DNA from: the human T2T-CHM13v2.0 reference genome, Homo sapiens
Assembly: GCF_009914755.1 (NCBI RefSeq)
Contig: NC_060933.1
Strand: one strand, 5' to 3'
DNA length: 64,000 nt
The position numbers were made by a program, and so were the translations under genes. Positions within the stretch are counted from its first letter, which is position 1. The number at the start of each line of letters is the position of its first letter. Below are positions 39,305 to 53,250 of the stretch, one piece after another. The notes below the pieces were generated by a model that was not told the origin of the DNA, searched no databases, and saw nothing but the letters and a program-made list of their open reading frames with translations.

Positions 39305-41869
39305 TTCTAACCTAACTTTTCTAGTTGTTTTTAGCAAGAACATTGGTCAGCAGAAACTCAAGCTATTTCTTCTTAAGTAGAAATGGAATGTAGATATTAT
39401 TTGAATATTTCAATTAAGTAAGGTGAATTATAGGCTTGGGATCTGTTAGGCTTCTTTCAGGGTGAAGTAATTATCACATTTATGACAATAAAAACACGAA
39501 AAGGAAAACATGATTGATGATACATACTATGAGAGCTATGTAATTTAATCAATTTTATATAATATAAAGAATTTTATGCAACTTTAACACAGTAATCTTT
39601 CTACCTTGCAAATTTTTAGTACACAATGCTGCAAGGAACATGGGTATACAGATTAATGGTATTATAAGTCTGTGCCTAAACAATTTTTTAAAAAAATACT
39701 AAATATACTGGAATGTGCAAAAGAAGCACCTAAGAAATGCTGGCTATCAGATTATAACAGTGGGCTATTAAAAAGAGAATAATGTAATGGAAATGATTGA
39801 TATAACTATTCTGGTTAGAAACTGCAAAACATTTCAGTTGACCTTAGACAAAAAATGAATATGCAATATGACAAAAGAAGTAGACTGCAAAAATGGCAAG
39901 ATAACTCAAATATTCTCTAATTTACACACATGCATAAGTAGTAATCTGTCATGAATTGGCACCACTTCAGCTGAAATAAACCAATAAATTGTCAGTTTCA
40001 GCATTTTGGAAAAGGCTTTATTCAGCACCCATTCACTCAGCCAATAGTGGCTGAATGACGGCAGATACTTAGGCAACGAGGCTTCATTACAGAAACGGTT
40101 TCTTCTGTACACTAAGAATCTAGTGGATGAAACACAAATTAATTGAATAATCACAGAAATATATTTATAATTGTAAATTGGATACCTATTAGAAGGAGAG
40201 AACATTGAATAATGGCAGAACAGTGAACACAATTACTGCCTATCCAACAGCCACTACCACTTCTTGCTTTTTAGTCATAGTCCCTCTTACACGGTTGAAG
40301 TATTTTGCCACATCCCCCTTCCTCCCTGCTGGGATCTTCTTAACCAAGGTTGCCACGTTTGGGGCTCCAGAAGTATCTTGCCAAGGTAAGGAAATCATCT
40401 GAGAAACACGGGATGTCAAGTCAGAAGCTTTGCATCTTGGCATTGAGCCACTGTTAGCCACTAGATTCATCTATGTAAAATGAATAAAACTCATACAATT
40501 ACTTGGACAATATTCAGTTATTTGGAGCTAAACACATCTGTATTAAAAAAAGCAATATGAACACACACACAAGCATATTCACTAGTATATGCTACTATTA
40601 TCTCCATGTAATTGTTAACATTTTATATAATGATATTGTCCAACTATTTTAAATGAACATTTACTTCAAAGACTTAAATGTATGTTTGAAAAAAGTGTTT
40701 GAGAATTAAGGTTGACAGCATTACTGTCTCCTGTATGTCAGAGTACATTTTATTTTTCATCACTTCAGTGAAATGTGAAGCTAGATACAGCCATAGAAAA
40801 CACCAATAGAAATTTAGCCTATTGCTATCAAATGTCTTCAATACAATTTTTAATGAAATTCTCATTTCTCTGCCTCACTAATACAGCCTGTTAAAGCCAA
40901 TAAAGCATTTTAGAACTCTTTAGAAATAAGTGAACTCAAGGGAACAGTATTTTCCAGGAAAATGATAATGTGATACAGAGCCTTTTATGTTTGGGTCACT
41001 AGTTTGAAAGTAGCTCACGTTGTAAGTGATGGAAAGTCATTACTGTTCACTGGCCTATGTGAAATTAGTAGGTGGTTTCAGTCAAATTGTTAGTGAATAG
41101 GTGTTCACATCCCAACTGGCATTAATTGACATGCATGTTGACAGTTTTATTATGAGTACCAAGGACTGTAGGCAATGAAAATATGATTTGGGGCACGTGA
41201 CAAGTAACAGTCCACAAGGCCAGGCGAAGGTATGTTTCTGAGAATGTACCCATGGAAAGAGTTTGAAAGTTTTTTCTTCTCAGGAGTTTCTTTGAATGGT
41301 TTCTTTAGTGCTCAGAATTTTTAAATGGCAGAGGTTTATTTAGAACATTGATTTGTTTTATCTCTAATGCTGCTCCATATTTTCAGAATATTAGTTTTTA
41401 AATCCCATGTTATTTAGAGTACATCCAAAAGCTAGTTATCAATTTTCTTAAACCAATTAAGTTATAACCTCTTGGCTAGAGCAAGTAATCACTTGTTTTC
41501 TAGATGATTATGAAATTTAACCAACTTTGGAAGTAAAATAGAATGTACCTTATAGAGATTCACCAAAATTCCTTGACTCAAATAGCACTGAAATATAATT
41601 TTTCTGTATAGAAAAATGTATAGCTGTCTGTCTGAATCTCCTAATTAACTGTCAGGTGTAACTGGCAGAGGCTGAAAGGTCAATTTAATCAAAATCTCAG
41701 ATATACCATCAAGTAAACAAATATATACCGGACAAAGGCAATGCTTATAAATTGTTCAATTTTGTGAAAGTCTGATAGTAATGTCCAGTAGATATAATTC
41801 TCTAAATAGGTCTCTTTCTCTCTCTTGCTCTCTGACACACACATGTAAACATACACACCAATTAGGAAA

Positions 41870-42120
41870 TAAGCCATCCAGTAACCATTTGTTACTGAGT
41901 ACCTATTATTTTATTATTTTCTAGGAACTTTAGTCTTCTTCAATATGATAGCTCATCTAATGCTCTCAAAACTCATAAAGATTGCCATTTGTATTTCCAT
42001 ATCATAGGTGAAAGGCAAGTCTTAGAGGAGTAAAAGTGGTTATCCAGGTACCAATGACTAAATAGGTCAGGTTTTACATTCTGTGTTTTTGTGACTTCAA
42101 AATCCATGTTTATTCCACTA
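41870..42120 (-). mobile_element. MIR
   Basis: ttactgagtacctatt...ctcatctaatgctctcaaaactc...gacttcaaaatccatgtttattccacta. Confidence 0.6.
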
Positions 42121-43898
42121 CACTAATGGAGTGCCTATTTCGAATTACAATTTAGCATTCATAAGCAAATAATTTCCGCTTTTTTAGCGATCTTATATGA
42201 AATAAGAGATTATAAATAAATGTATTCCTAAATCCCTGTTAGCTGACCTATTATAAGATTATGGCTATATTCTAGTTGTTGCAGGCAAGAATTAGAATCA
42301 TTAACTATGTTCTATCTAGAGTGCATCTTAATGGTAGGTGCTATGCAGAGTGCAAGGGGAAGAATACAGGAACTTGCTTAAATGCTAGGAAATGAAGATT
42401 AGTAACTATATAGTATGAACATCAAGTTTTATGTAAGGAATAAGTCAAGAATTTTAATGGATGAACAGTTATTACCAGGAGAGGAAAACTGTAAGCAAAA
42501 AAAAAAAAAAAGCAAATGAGAAAATTAAGTCAATAATATTTAAAAAGAAGATATATAATTGTGAGAACAAGTTTTACCATGTATGAAATACATAATCATT
42601 CCTGGGTGAGATTTGTTGCCATTAATTCTTCTATAGAAGGCTCTAGACTTGGAATCTCACGACTTTATGCACTTTTTTTTCTCTCATATCAAACTAAAGA
42701 AAGGCTACTCTGTTGGATACACATTAAGGGATGGCATCATGAATATAGTGGAAATTGGGTTGGGTCTCAAAGGATAAGAAGAGTAACTGAAGGCATATAA
42801 AATGATTTTCCTATGTACTTTAAATTTCTCATTCTGATAGCAGGATTACTAAAATTCTTGGTAGAAAATGTCTTTGCTTAGTAAATTGCACTGAGTATAA
42901 AACAATGCTAGAGCAAGGGAAGAAATGAACTGTTAAAAATTAACTACAAAAGCTCAATGGCAGATTTTAATGAGATCAATCTAACTGAGCCAAAATTGAG
43001 GCTTTTTATTACAGGAGCTCTATGATGCAATTTTTTTAACATTTGGAAAATTACAAAATTTTATTAATTCTGTATACTACAGTTTATTCATATTTAAGTA
43101 AATACCAAAATGATATTGAATTTGATTAAAAACTTTTAAAGCCTTCTGCTAAAATTGTCTATGGAGGCCATGGAAGGATCCTTTAAAAATAATATCGCTG
43201 ATTGATAGGAAATTTTCACCCATTGAGGATGGGTTTGATTTGAGAAAATAGTAAGACCCAGTTTAATAGCAGTATGGCAAATTAGGCAAAAGATTCTAGG
43301 TGTGAAATGCTGTTTTTGATCAAATTGAAGTGTGACTGAAAACTAACATAAGTGATTTGTGTGTCTGTGACTTAAAAACTAGGACTGATGGCAATTCCAC
43401 AGGAAGAATGAAAAAATTTAAGCACCGTTAGAATATTTGAACAGTGTCTAAAATCCTCTTGAAATGGCTATTGTGAAAGGAAAAACAATCCCTATTTCAA
43501 TATTTTGCAAGTTTGTTAGAAAATTTAATTTTATATACTACTCATATTAGGTATAGAAAGTAAATATAACAAACCAAAATTGGACATATTAAAATTCATT
43601 TTAATCATCAGCAACAAAGCAGAAAGACTAACCTGTTTTAAAAATTCATTAAGTATTTAGCCAAAATTATTTTAAAATAGCAAAGGGAAAAATAAAACCA
43701 CTAGAGTAGATATTTCAAAATCCTGGATGACAGGTAAATCATTCAACACCTTTGATTTTCATAACTCTGGTAATATGCAGGCTTATTTCGAGGTTAAAAT
43801 TAAAGATTGCATTCGGAATTGTTTTGTCAAATGCACAATGCTGTAGAAAAGTTAAAAATCTTGATTGTGATCATTCACTTCCTTTTCATTGTTATTGT

Positions 43899-44449
43899 TG
43901 TGTTAGTGTTATATCAAGTAGGATATTGTATTTGCCCAATAACATGTAATTCGTTTCAAAGTGGCTCAAACAATAAGTCCATTTACTGTATTGTGTAACA
44001 TTAAATCCAAGGTATTCGAGCTTCAAGACTGATTAATTTACTGACTCAGTGATGTTATCAACAATCCGTCTTTCATTTCATTACCTTGTCAGCCGTGTGC
44101 TTGTCCTACTCTTTATAAGACTGCTACTTTTTCAAGTATCACATCCAAACATAGCAGTGGTCAGAGAGAGAGAGAAAAAAATACTTTTCCTCTGCTGAAG
44201 AATAAGGCTGCATTTTCCAAGATATTTACTAGATGTTTAGCACTCTCATGTAACTCTCCCTCAGTCTTATTGGCAGAGCTGGGATATACGACAACACTAA
44301 ACAAGAAATTGGCAAGAGAAATGGAATTATTATGAGGCCTCAGACAGGTTGGGATTTTCTCAGAATTGAGGAAGGGTCAAATTCCCAGAGAATGACTACC
44401 TGAGCTAAATCATGGCTGTGTTAGAAAGGTGATCAACAATATACCCACA
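43899..44449 (-). mobile_element. Old ERVL/MaLR-class LTR (LTR33-like)
   Basis: tcaaagtggctcaaacaataag...tatcacatccaaac...tcttattggcagagctggg...cccaca. Heavily diverged. Confidence 0.45.
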
Positions 44450-44699
44450 CATACCTATTGGTTCAAAGATTTTGTTGTTGTTACTGGAGAACAGTAATTG
44501 GTTATTTTTGTTTCCTAGAGCACTGGGGAATCAATAGTTGTGTAATGCTGTAAAGTTCATGTCTGTTACTCACAGAAATACTACATGTCTTTGCAGTATA
44601 AGAGCAGTAGGTTTCTTCCTTTCCCACCCCAAAGATAGCCAAAAGGCTGCCTTTGGGCTCAGGTTTTACATGGTCTATGTAATCTACTATATATATTTG

Positions 44700-47600
44700 A
44701 ATGACCAAGTCAATCAGAACTATTTTCTATGAATTTTAAGGACAAGTTATAAGTGAAAAATTTGACGAGATTTTATAAATATTCATGTAATCACCACATG
44801 TTTATAGAATTTTCATTCACTTCCTTTTCATTGTTGTTGTGTTGGTGTTATATCAGGTAGGGTAGATCCAAAAATTCCCTCATTCTCCCCTTTTAGTCAA
44901 ACTTCTACCTCACCCCATAGCACTGACAACCACTGATATGCTTTCTATCATTTTAGTTATTACTTTTCCATAACTTCATATAAATGGAATTATACAGTTT
45001 TTTTGTGTCTGGCTTCTTTCATTAGCCACAGTATTTATGAGATTCTTTCACAGTGTTGTATTTAATAATAATTTGTTTCTTTTTACTGGTGAGTATTGAT
45101 ATACCGTATGTGTTAATCTCTTCACCAGTTGATGGATATTCATTATGAATAAAGCTACCTTAAATATTAAAATAAACATTCTTCTGTAGCATATGCTTTC
45201 ATTTCACTTGAGTAAACTTCTAAGAATAGGATTGCTGTATCATAGGGTAAGCTGTGTTTACCTGTATAAGTATGTATTTAACTTTATTAAACAACTACTC
45301 TTCAGATGTTAAAAGTGGCTGTGCCATTTTAGATTGTCAGTCTCAATGTATGAGAGATCTGTTTCACATTCTTGACAACTGGTTATTGTCCATCTACTCT
45401 TAATTTTAGCTATTTTATTCTTGATTAGGAATATGTCATTTGGTTTTAACGCATGTTATCTTATTGCTAATCATGTTCAACAGCTTTTCATGTGCTGATT
45501 TGGCTTATTTTCCTTTTGTATACATATTTTTTATGTAAAGTCACTGTTAAAATATTTTACCTGCTTTTATAGGGCTGCCTTATTATTGAGTTGTAACAGT
45601 TATCTCTCTAGCCCATGTGTATGTAAGATATATAGATTTATATATAATATATATTTATATATAAGATATATATTTGTATATATGTTATATATTTTTATAT
45701 AAGATATATATTTATACATATAATATATGTGTATATCTTGTTTACATGTAAGATACATGCATATATATTATAGTCTTTTATTAGATATATGTATTAATAT
45801 TTAAATACTAATATTAATTAATAACAATGTTGCATATATAAATACACATTAGATGTATGTATTTTGAATATTTTTTCACAGTCTGTGTTTTATCTTTGTG
45901 TTTTCTTAACAGTGGCTTTTAAAGAGAAAAAGTTATTTTTTTCCTCTTATGGTTCATATATTATTGTATGTCCTATCTGAAAAAATTTACCTAATCAAAG
46001 GTCATAAGTATTTTCTCCTATGTTATATTCTATGAGTTTTATTGTTTTAGCTCTTACAGATAGCAATATGATGCCTTTAAAATTAATATTTGTTTATTGG
46101 GTCAAGGTTTATTTTTTATAAAAGTATGGATGTCCAATTTTGCCAGCACATATATTGAAAATAGTATGCAATCTCTGTTAAATTGCCTTTGCACTTTTGC
46201 TGAAAATCAACTGACTATATATGTGGGGATCTATCATTCTTTTCCATCCTTTCATTAACACCTACGATCTTGATTGATATGGATTTATTGTAAATTTTGG
46301 ACTCAAACAATGTATCTTCAAGTTTACCTTTGTTTTTCAAGATCATTTGCCTGTTCTATGCCATTTGAATTTTTATATGCATTTTAGAATTTTTTAATTA
46401 ATGTTTTTACAAAAATGTCAGCTTGGATTTGATGAGAATTGTGTGAAGGTTATACATGAATACTTTGAGGATGGATATCTGAACAACACCGAATCTTGTG
46501 ATTCATGAATCTGTTTTGTCTGTTCATTTATTTGTCTTTTTAAATGTTTCTCAGCATTATATAATATTCAGTGTACAGATATTGCATATATATTTTTCAA
46601 TATTTCATATACGTGACTGTTTTATATAAATAATATTTTCTATATTTAGATTCTCAATGTTTCACCGCTACCGAGAAACAAAAGAGACAATTAATCTTTT
46701 TATTCTACTTGTATTCTGCAACCTTCTAAAGTAATTCATTACTTCGTGTAATTTTTTTGGTACATTTCTAAGATAATTTGTGTAGACAAAAATCTCATCT
46801 GCAAATAATGACTTCCACTTTTCTAATTTCTATGCTTTTAAAAATCTTTCCTTGTCTTATTAAAGTCTAAGACCTATGGTACAATGTCAAATAAAAGTGA
46901 CGAAAATGGGAATCTTTCCTTTTTTGAGATTATGTATTAAAACCTTCAGTATTCCATCAGTACGTATGTTTATAGTAGTACATGTTTTGTACCTGCCATT
47001 TATCTGGTTAAGATATCCTTTCTATTCCAAATTTGCTAAAAGTGTTTAATAATTAAATAGGATTAAATTTTGTCAATTGTTTTCTTTAGATACCAAAATA
47101 ATAATGGTTTTTAAAACATTTTCTTCTAAGAATAATTAAAACTACATTAATCTTTATAGGTTAAGCTTGCATTTCTGAGATTGAATTCAACTTGGTCATG
47201 AGGTATTAGTCTTTTATACAATGTTAGGTTCATTTTGCTAAAATTTTGTGAAGGATGTTTTGCATAAGTTTATAAGGGGTACTGACCTGTAGGTCTCTAT
47301 TTTTTTCTACTTTTTCTCCCAAGTAGTTAATAATAATTCTAAGTGAATGTGAAAATAACTGACCATAAAAAAATGATGCAAAAGCTGGTAAACCTAAAGG
47401 AGAAATGGATAAATGAGCAATTATAAAGTTATATTTTAACAATCCTCTTTTAGTAACAGAGATTGAGTAGATAGAAATAAGTAAGAATATAGAATACTAA
47501 AAAAAAGTCAACAAATTTGACCTGACATTTTGAAACATGCCACAAACAATAACAGAAAACGCATTACTTACCAGTGTTCATGGAACCCTCAGCAAGATGG

Positions 47601-48640
47601 ACATTTTTCTGTGTCATAATATCAGTCTCAATAAATTTAAAAGGCTGAAATTATACATACAACAGTATGTGATCATCTGAAATTAAATTTGAAATATCAG
47701 AAAAAATCCCAAATATTTCAAAATTAAACAACATACTTCTAAATAAATTATCGATTGCAGAAGAAATAGCAATGGCAAGTAGAAAATATACTAAAATAAA
47801 TAAAAATACATACACAACTGGTCAATATTTATGGAATAAAACTTAAAAAGTGAGCTTAAAGTATAATTAAAAAAAGAAAAAAAAGAATTTTTCTATCCAA
47901 TTTCAGTCAGCACAGAACAATACTTTATGTTCAACAAATCCATTTCATGCCCCTGTTGTGGGGAAGGAAATTGGGAATTGCACAATGAAGAAAGCAAATC
48001 GTTGGAATTTTTTCTTCTGAAGTTATGGAGATCTTTACTTTTGGAATTTGTTTCATATTTCACAGATATATCTTATGCAATATTCTAGATACTTGTGAAT
48101 GTTTTTAAACATGAAAAATATCATTTCAAAATAAAAAAGTGATCAGAGGGAAATGTTACATTAAATGTTCATATTAGGTAAGAATCAAAGCCTCAAATGA
48201 ATACTCTAAAAGTCTTCCTGAAGAAATTAAAACAACAATAACAATAACAAAACACTAAATTAAACTCAAAGCTAGTATGAAAAAGAAAATAAGACCAGAG
48301 CAGAGATAACTAAAATTGAAAACAGAAACATAATAAATAAATAAATAATACCAAAAGTTGGTACTTTAAGAGATTAAGAAATTCAATTTTTAAAATGAAT
48401 GAGAAGATACAAATTACTAATATCAAGAATAATGAGGAGCTATGGTATCAGCTCTCACAGATATTAAAAGTATAATAAGATAGTATTAGAAAAAACTTTA
48501 TGCAATACATTCTAGACCGTAGATGAAATGTATAAGTTCCTTGAAAGACAGCAACTCAATTACTGCAGCACACTCAAGGTGAATAAACTGAATAACCTTG
48601 AATCTATTAAAAAACTGAATTCATACTTAAAATATTTCCA
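44700..48640 (-). mobile_element. Old L1M (L1MC/MD/ME) with 5' inversion: antisense 44700-47320, sense 47340-48640
   Basis: The antisense part runs from the 3'UTR to the RPISL/KILAN region (ORF track 47230-47442: ...QNILHKILAK). The sense part runs from the GDFNTPL-equivalent to the VIKNLP-equivalent. Contains a TA-rich insert at 45620-45860. Confidence 0.75.
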
Positions 48641-50834
48641 TAATAGTTTCCCAGTAGCACATATTTCACAATAAATGTTAGTTGTCATCATATTATTAAT
48701 TTTTATTCAGTTATTCCATATTTATTGAGTTAGATATTTTAATTCAGAAATAATTATGATCTTAATTAGTAAATATTATTTTAAAGAACATCATGTTTTT
48801 ATCAAATATATTTTTTCTCACTTTGGAAACTCAAAGGCAATAATTGTATTGTTATTCATTTAATATACATTAGATCATTTTTATTTCAATTATTTGCAAT
48901 ATTTTATCTCCTTTTGTATATCATATCTTTATCTCCTCATAATGCTAAATATTGGTCTACCCTTCAACCTCTTTTTTCAGAGATGTTTTTATATCTCATC
49001 TAATGTGCTATAGCATTGGACAAAATAATGCATCTCACTGGAAATCGATATGTCTTGTTTAAAGCTACCAAATTCCTTCCTTTTTTACTATCCAGCATCC
49101 TTAAAAATAATATGAATAAAAAGGATTTAATAGAATAGTCTTTCTCCTGTTAGAGAATGCCTGGAATATAAAATATGTCAAATGCATGAGAACTTGCTCA
49201 AAATATGACTATAATGCTATAGGCATATTAGTTAATGTAATTCAATAACAATTCTGAAAAGGCATGTTTAAACTTTGCTAAGTAGTGGTTTTTGAAAGGA
49301 AACAAATCTTCCTTTGAATTTGATTGAAAAATGCTTAACTACTCAATTTCTTCAACTAGCTTTGTTTGCATATAATTTGGTTTCACTGCTTTGTGACTGC
49401 ACATTTGCATTTAAATAGATTCATCTTCAAATGATGTGCAACATACAATACAAATGTGAGAATGTGAGGCCATTTTGTAGAAGACATTTTTACTGACCTG
49501 ATAGTCCAAAATGTTCCAAAACTCTCTTTGACATTTTAAGAATTGCACAATAAATTTTATCACACCTAGAACTCATACGGAAATTACAATTTGAAATGAT
49601 TTCTCAGTGTGTGGCTGGAACCTAACTCTTTCCTTTATTCTTCACCTTATTCTAATGCACATTGATAAAAACTGAATATCTCATCCATTTTCTTAACTTC
49701 AAATCTGGGTAGAGGACTTTGCAATTTAAGGTAACTCAAATGACATTAAATACTTTTATTGATTTTTCCTTCTGTGTGCAATGTCTATTTGAATTCTAAT
49801 AGTGTCAAGCAAAATTCCTTCATACTGAAAATTATAGAGGTTAAACTACAGCCAATATTAAAGTTTTAATTCTAATGTAGCCAATGAACATAGGTAACAA
49901 TAAGATCATTAAAATATACATTCCTCTGTAAACCCTCGCTACCTTTTATATTTACATACTTTAAACCACTTGTACCTTACTTATTTTCCTGACAGAAAGT
50001 TGATTTGACAAAGGCTAGTACACAATGCATTGCATGAAGGCTCCTAGTATGTTCATGACTTGGAGATGGCCAGACTTGTTTTTATTTTTTCTTTTTTAAA
50101 AAATGATTTTTCTTTTAAGTCTCATCAACTCGATAGCATCAATCTAGTTTTTAACAATTGGCCTCCGTCACTAAAGCAAGAGCTATATAAATATAATTAT
50201 TATATTTAATGCTGCAGTAGAGTTTATTCATGTGCTGTTTTACTAAAAAGTCTGTCTTTTGACGGAAACTGATTTCTTGCATCTGTGACAGGTAATAGAA
50301 CTCGTACCAAATCTAATCAATATAATCCCAACCTAGTGAACAGAGCCATTCATCCAAAAATATAAGTTTTTTCAAACCAGAGTGGAGCCCAAGAAATAAT
50401 CTCCATATAAAGTTCTCTCTCTGCCGAAAATAAGTTAATAAGAACTGCTAAGAACCACCTTGAGACCAAAAGGAGAAAAACTACTTCATAAAGGAGCCAG
50501 TTAAAACAACAAAAACTGAAAAAGAAAATGAAAAGGGAGAACTCATGGCTTGGTCATATTAAAAGAGTGCTGAATCAAACTGTATCTGAAATGTCTATTA
50601 ATGTAATTAACTAAATTTACTACATTAAATTAAGTTAATCACACCAATTAATTACATCAAATTAAATAAAATGAAATTAAATTGTATATTAATGTAATTA
50701 ATGAACTCTGTAAATGTATAATAACATATTGAAAGAAAATTATATTTTGCTTGAGATACATGTGGTTGATATTACCCTTCCCATGCTAAGAGTTTTATAA
50801 TTTACCTATTTTCTCTAAGTAAAAAATATATTGC

Positions 50835-50992
50835 TAGTGCTGTACTGGTAAATATTTAACAGCCAGGTCTCCAAACATACGTCTTGATTTGTAATGTTGG
50901 TGTGCCATCATCATGTCACTGAAAGTGAAGTTGGGAAGATTTACATAATCAGCTGTCACGAACCAGTGTGAGTCAACTCTGGCATATCACTG
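50835..50992. mobile_element. MER63-like hAT-Blackjack MITE
   Basis: Inverted termini tagtgctgtactgg / ctggcatatcactg and internal gtaaatatttaacagccagg. Confidence 0.7.
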
Positions 50993-51918
50993 AAGCTAAA
51001 TTGCAATTGTGCTATTAATTGTCTTCTTAATTTTAATAATTTAGTGGGGGGAAAACTAGATGTATAACAAAATGTTTAAATATTATTTGAAATAAATTTT
51101 TAAGGACTCTGCTGTGCTTCATTTTTTTGCATGATATTATTTGAATAGTGGGGAGTAAAGAGAGATTTATTTAAGCAGTGTATTGGGTAAGAAGCATGGA
51201 ACATAAACAGGAAAAGAAGAGACAGGGGAAGTATACGATGATATATGATGAAGTAAATGTAACTTAAGTTTCCGAATCCTTTGTTTCCACAGGCTTCTTC
51301 CTAGACCATAGTGATGGCCCTAGACATATGTGTACACAATCATATTTCTTTGTAAAATCATTAATGGTATAATATTTTAATCAAAGTTATTTAAGACCAC
51401 TGTCTTTTGCAACTATAATTTTTCTACACTTTTTTAGTATAGAAACCTATGGCCATAGGTGTTTGTTGAAACCATGAAAAAAGCATGCAGCCCAAAGAAT
51501 GTGTGTAAATTTTTAAAAATAGATAAAATTAAAATATTGGAACTTCATCATTGAATACATGGAGAACAAAACCAGGGAAAGAAAACTATAGAAAGGGAAA
51601 CGGAACTCTGTAGTGGTGTAGACTTAACTTGATGTTGGAGTTTCAAGAGAAGGAGTTTACAAGATCTCATAAAAGGTGAGAACTAGAATGAAATAATTAG
51701 ATTTAGTTGGACAAAATCAATTTAAAATAACCAATTTAACAGTTTTAGGAGAACAAACTAGACGACAAGACAAGAAAGTAATATCAAATGCTGCTTTGGA
51801 CTTTGGAGAAATGTGAATAACTCTCTCAATATCTCTCAAGATGTTTGAGCAAGATGTAAAAATAAATTAGCTTCAAGATGATCCCAAGCTTTAATCTCAA
51901 GTTTGAATACTTCACAAG

Positions 51919-51932
51919 CACACACACACACA

Positions 51933-51963
<31 letters not shown>
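51919..51963. repeat. (CA)22 microsatellite with one interruption
   Basis: Seen directly. Confidence 0.95.
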
Positions 51964-53029
51964 TCAAGAGGTAATTTATATAATTACCTAACGTGTGTGT
52001 GTGTATATATTTATATATAATTTCTATAATATATATAATTGTCTCCAGGTAAAATTAAAGCAACATTAATAATTAGAAAATTAATAAAACTTTTGCAATT
52101 AAGGGAACAAACATTTAAGAATGGACTATATAAGCGCTAATCCAATGTTTCGTATTTGTCTAACCTGTTTGGCTTTTTGCATAATTTCATTTTGATATAG
52201 TACACTTATTTGCTGGAAGGGAATAAAAAGTGTAGATGTAAGAGGGCAATTTACAATTGCTAATTGTTCAAGCCTAATGAAAGCTATATAGGAGATATAA
52301 TTTTAGAAAACTGTGCAAAGCTAATTTGACCTAAATCCCCATGGTGTACTAGGCCAAGGAAAAATTATTATTCCAAAACTTAATTTAATATACAATAAAG
52401 AACTATTTCATGTTTATTTATTAGTATCTACTTTCTCACAATCGATGCAAGAAATATTATCTCTTTTTAAGATTTTTGTTCATTCAAAATTTCTGTACTT
52501 CCAAGAAAAAAATGATAGATATGTTTTGCTACATTTACAAAATACTACAGAATAAGAAGATTGCTTTGAAGTTGTGAGCATTTTTCTTCATAAGGGATGT
52601 GACAAGAAAAAGTTTTACTCAGCCTTATCTTCCATTGGTACAAAGTCAAAACATTTGGCAATGGTACATTTATTATTATTTCCATTACAGCCACTGTCAG
52701 TTTGAGAAATATTAATTTTGTCTAAATACACAGCTTGCAGATTTTGAATAATCATTTCTGGAAATAACAAAACATAAAATATCAGGCTTAATGTTACGCT
52801 GTGTATTATCTGAAAATGGGACATGCTAGTAACTGAATTCTCTTGATTCTAAACGTTTTATTTTTTTCCATTTTTTTCTTTGTTAGTAAACTAAATACAT
52901 CAAGACTCATTCACAGGGATGTATTGTTGGAAGACTGACGGAGGGAAAGAAAACAGAAGACGTCACTCATAGTGAGGGAGTAGTTCTATAAGGGTCTAAA
53001 TAAGAATCAGAAAGATCACAAACTAATGG

Positions 53030-53250
53030 CACCAGTCCTACAACTAGGAGGCTGTACTGAACCCTTGTCAGGGCGCTAGAATCAAAGGAAGCTTGGCTTG
53101 AGCTTGAATCACTCTTCTGTTGCTGGCTGCTGACAAATTATGTCACTTCTACAATGTTGTTTTGTGACATTTTATTGTTTATTGTGAAGGCAAAATAAAA
53201 TAATAATTATGAAATGTTTGTTATTTTCCTGGTATAATATTAACCATAAA
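53030..53250 (+). mobile_element. MIR fragment
   Basis: gcttgaatcactcttctg...attgtgaaggcaaaataaaataataattatgaaatgttt. Confidence 0.45.
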
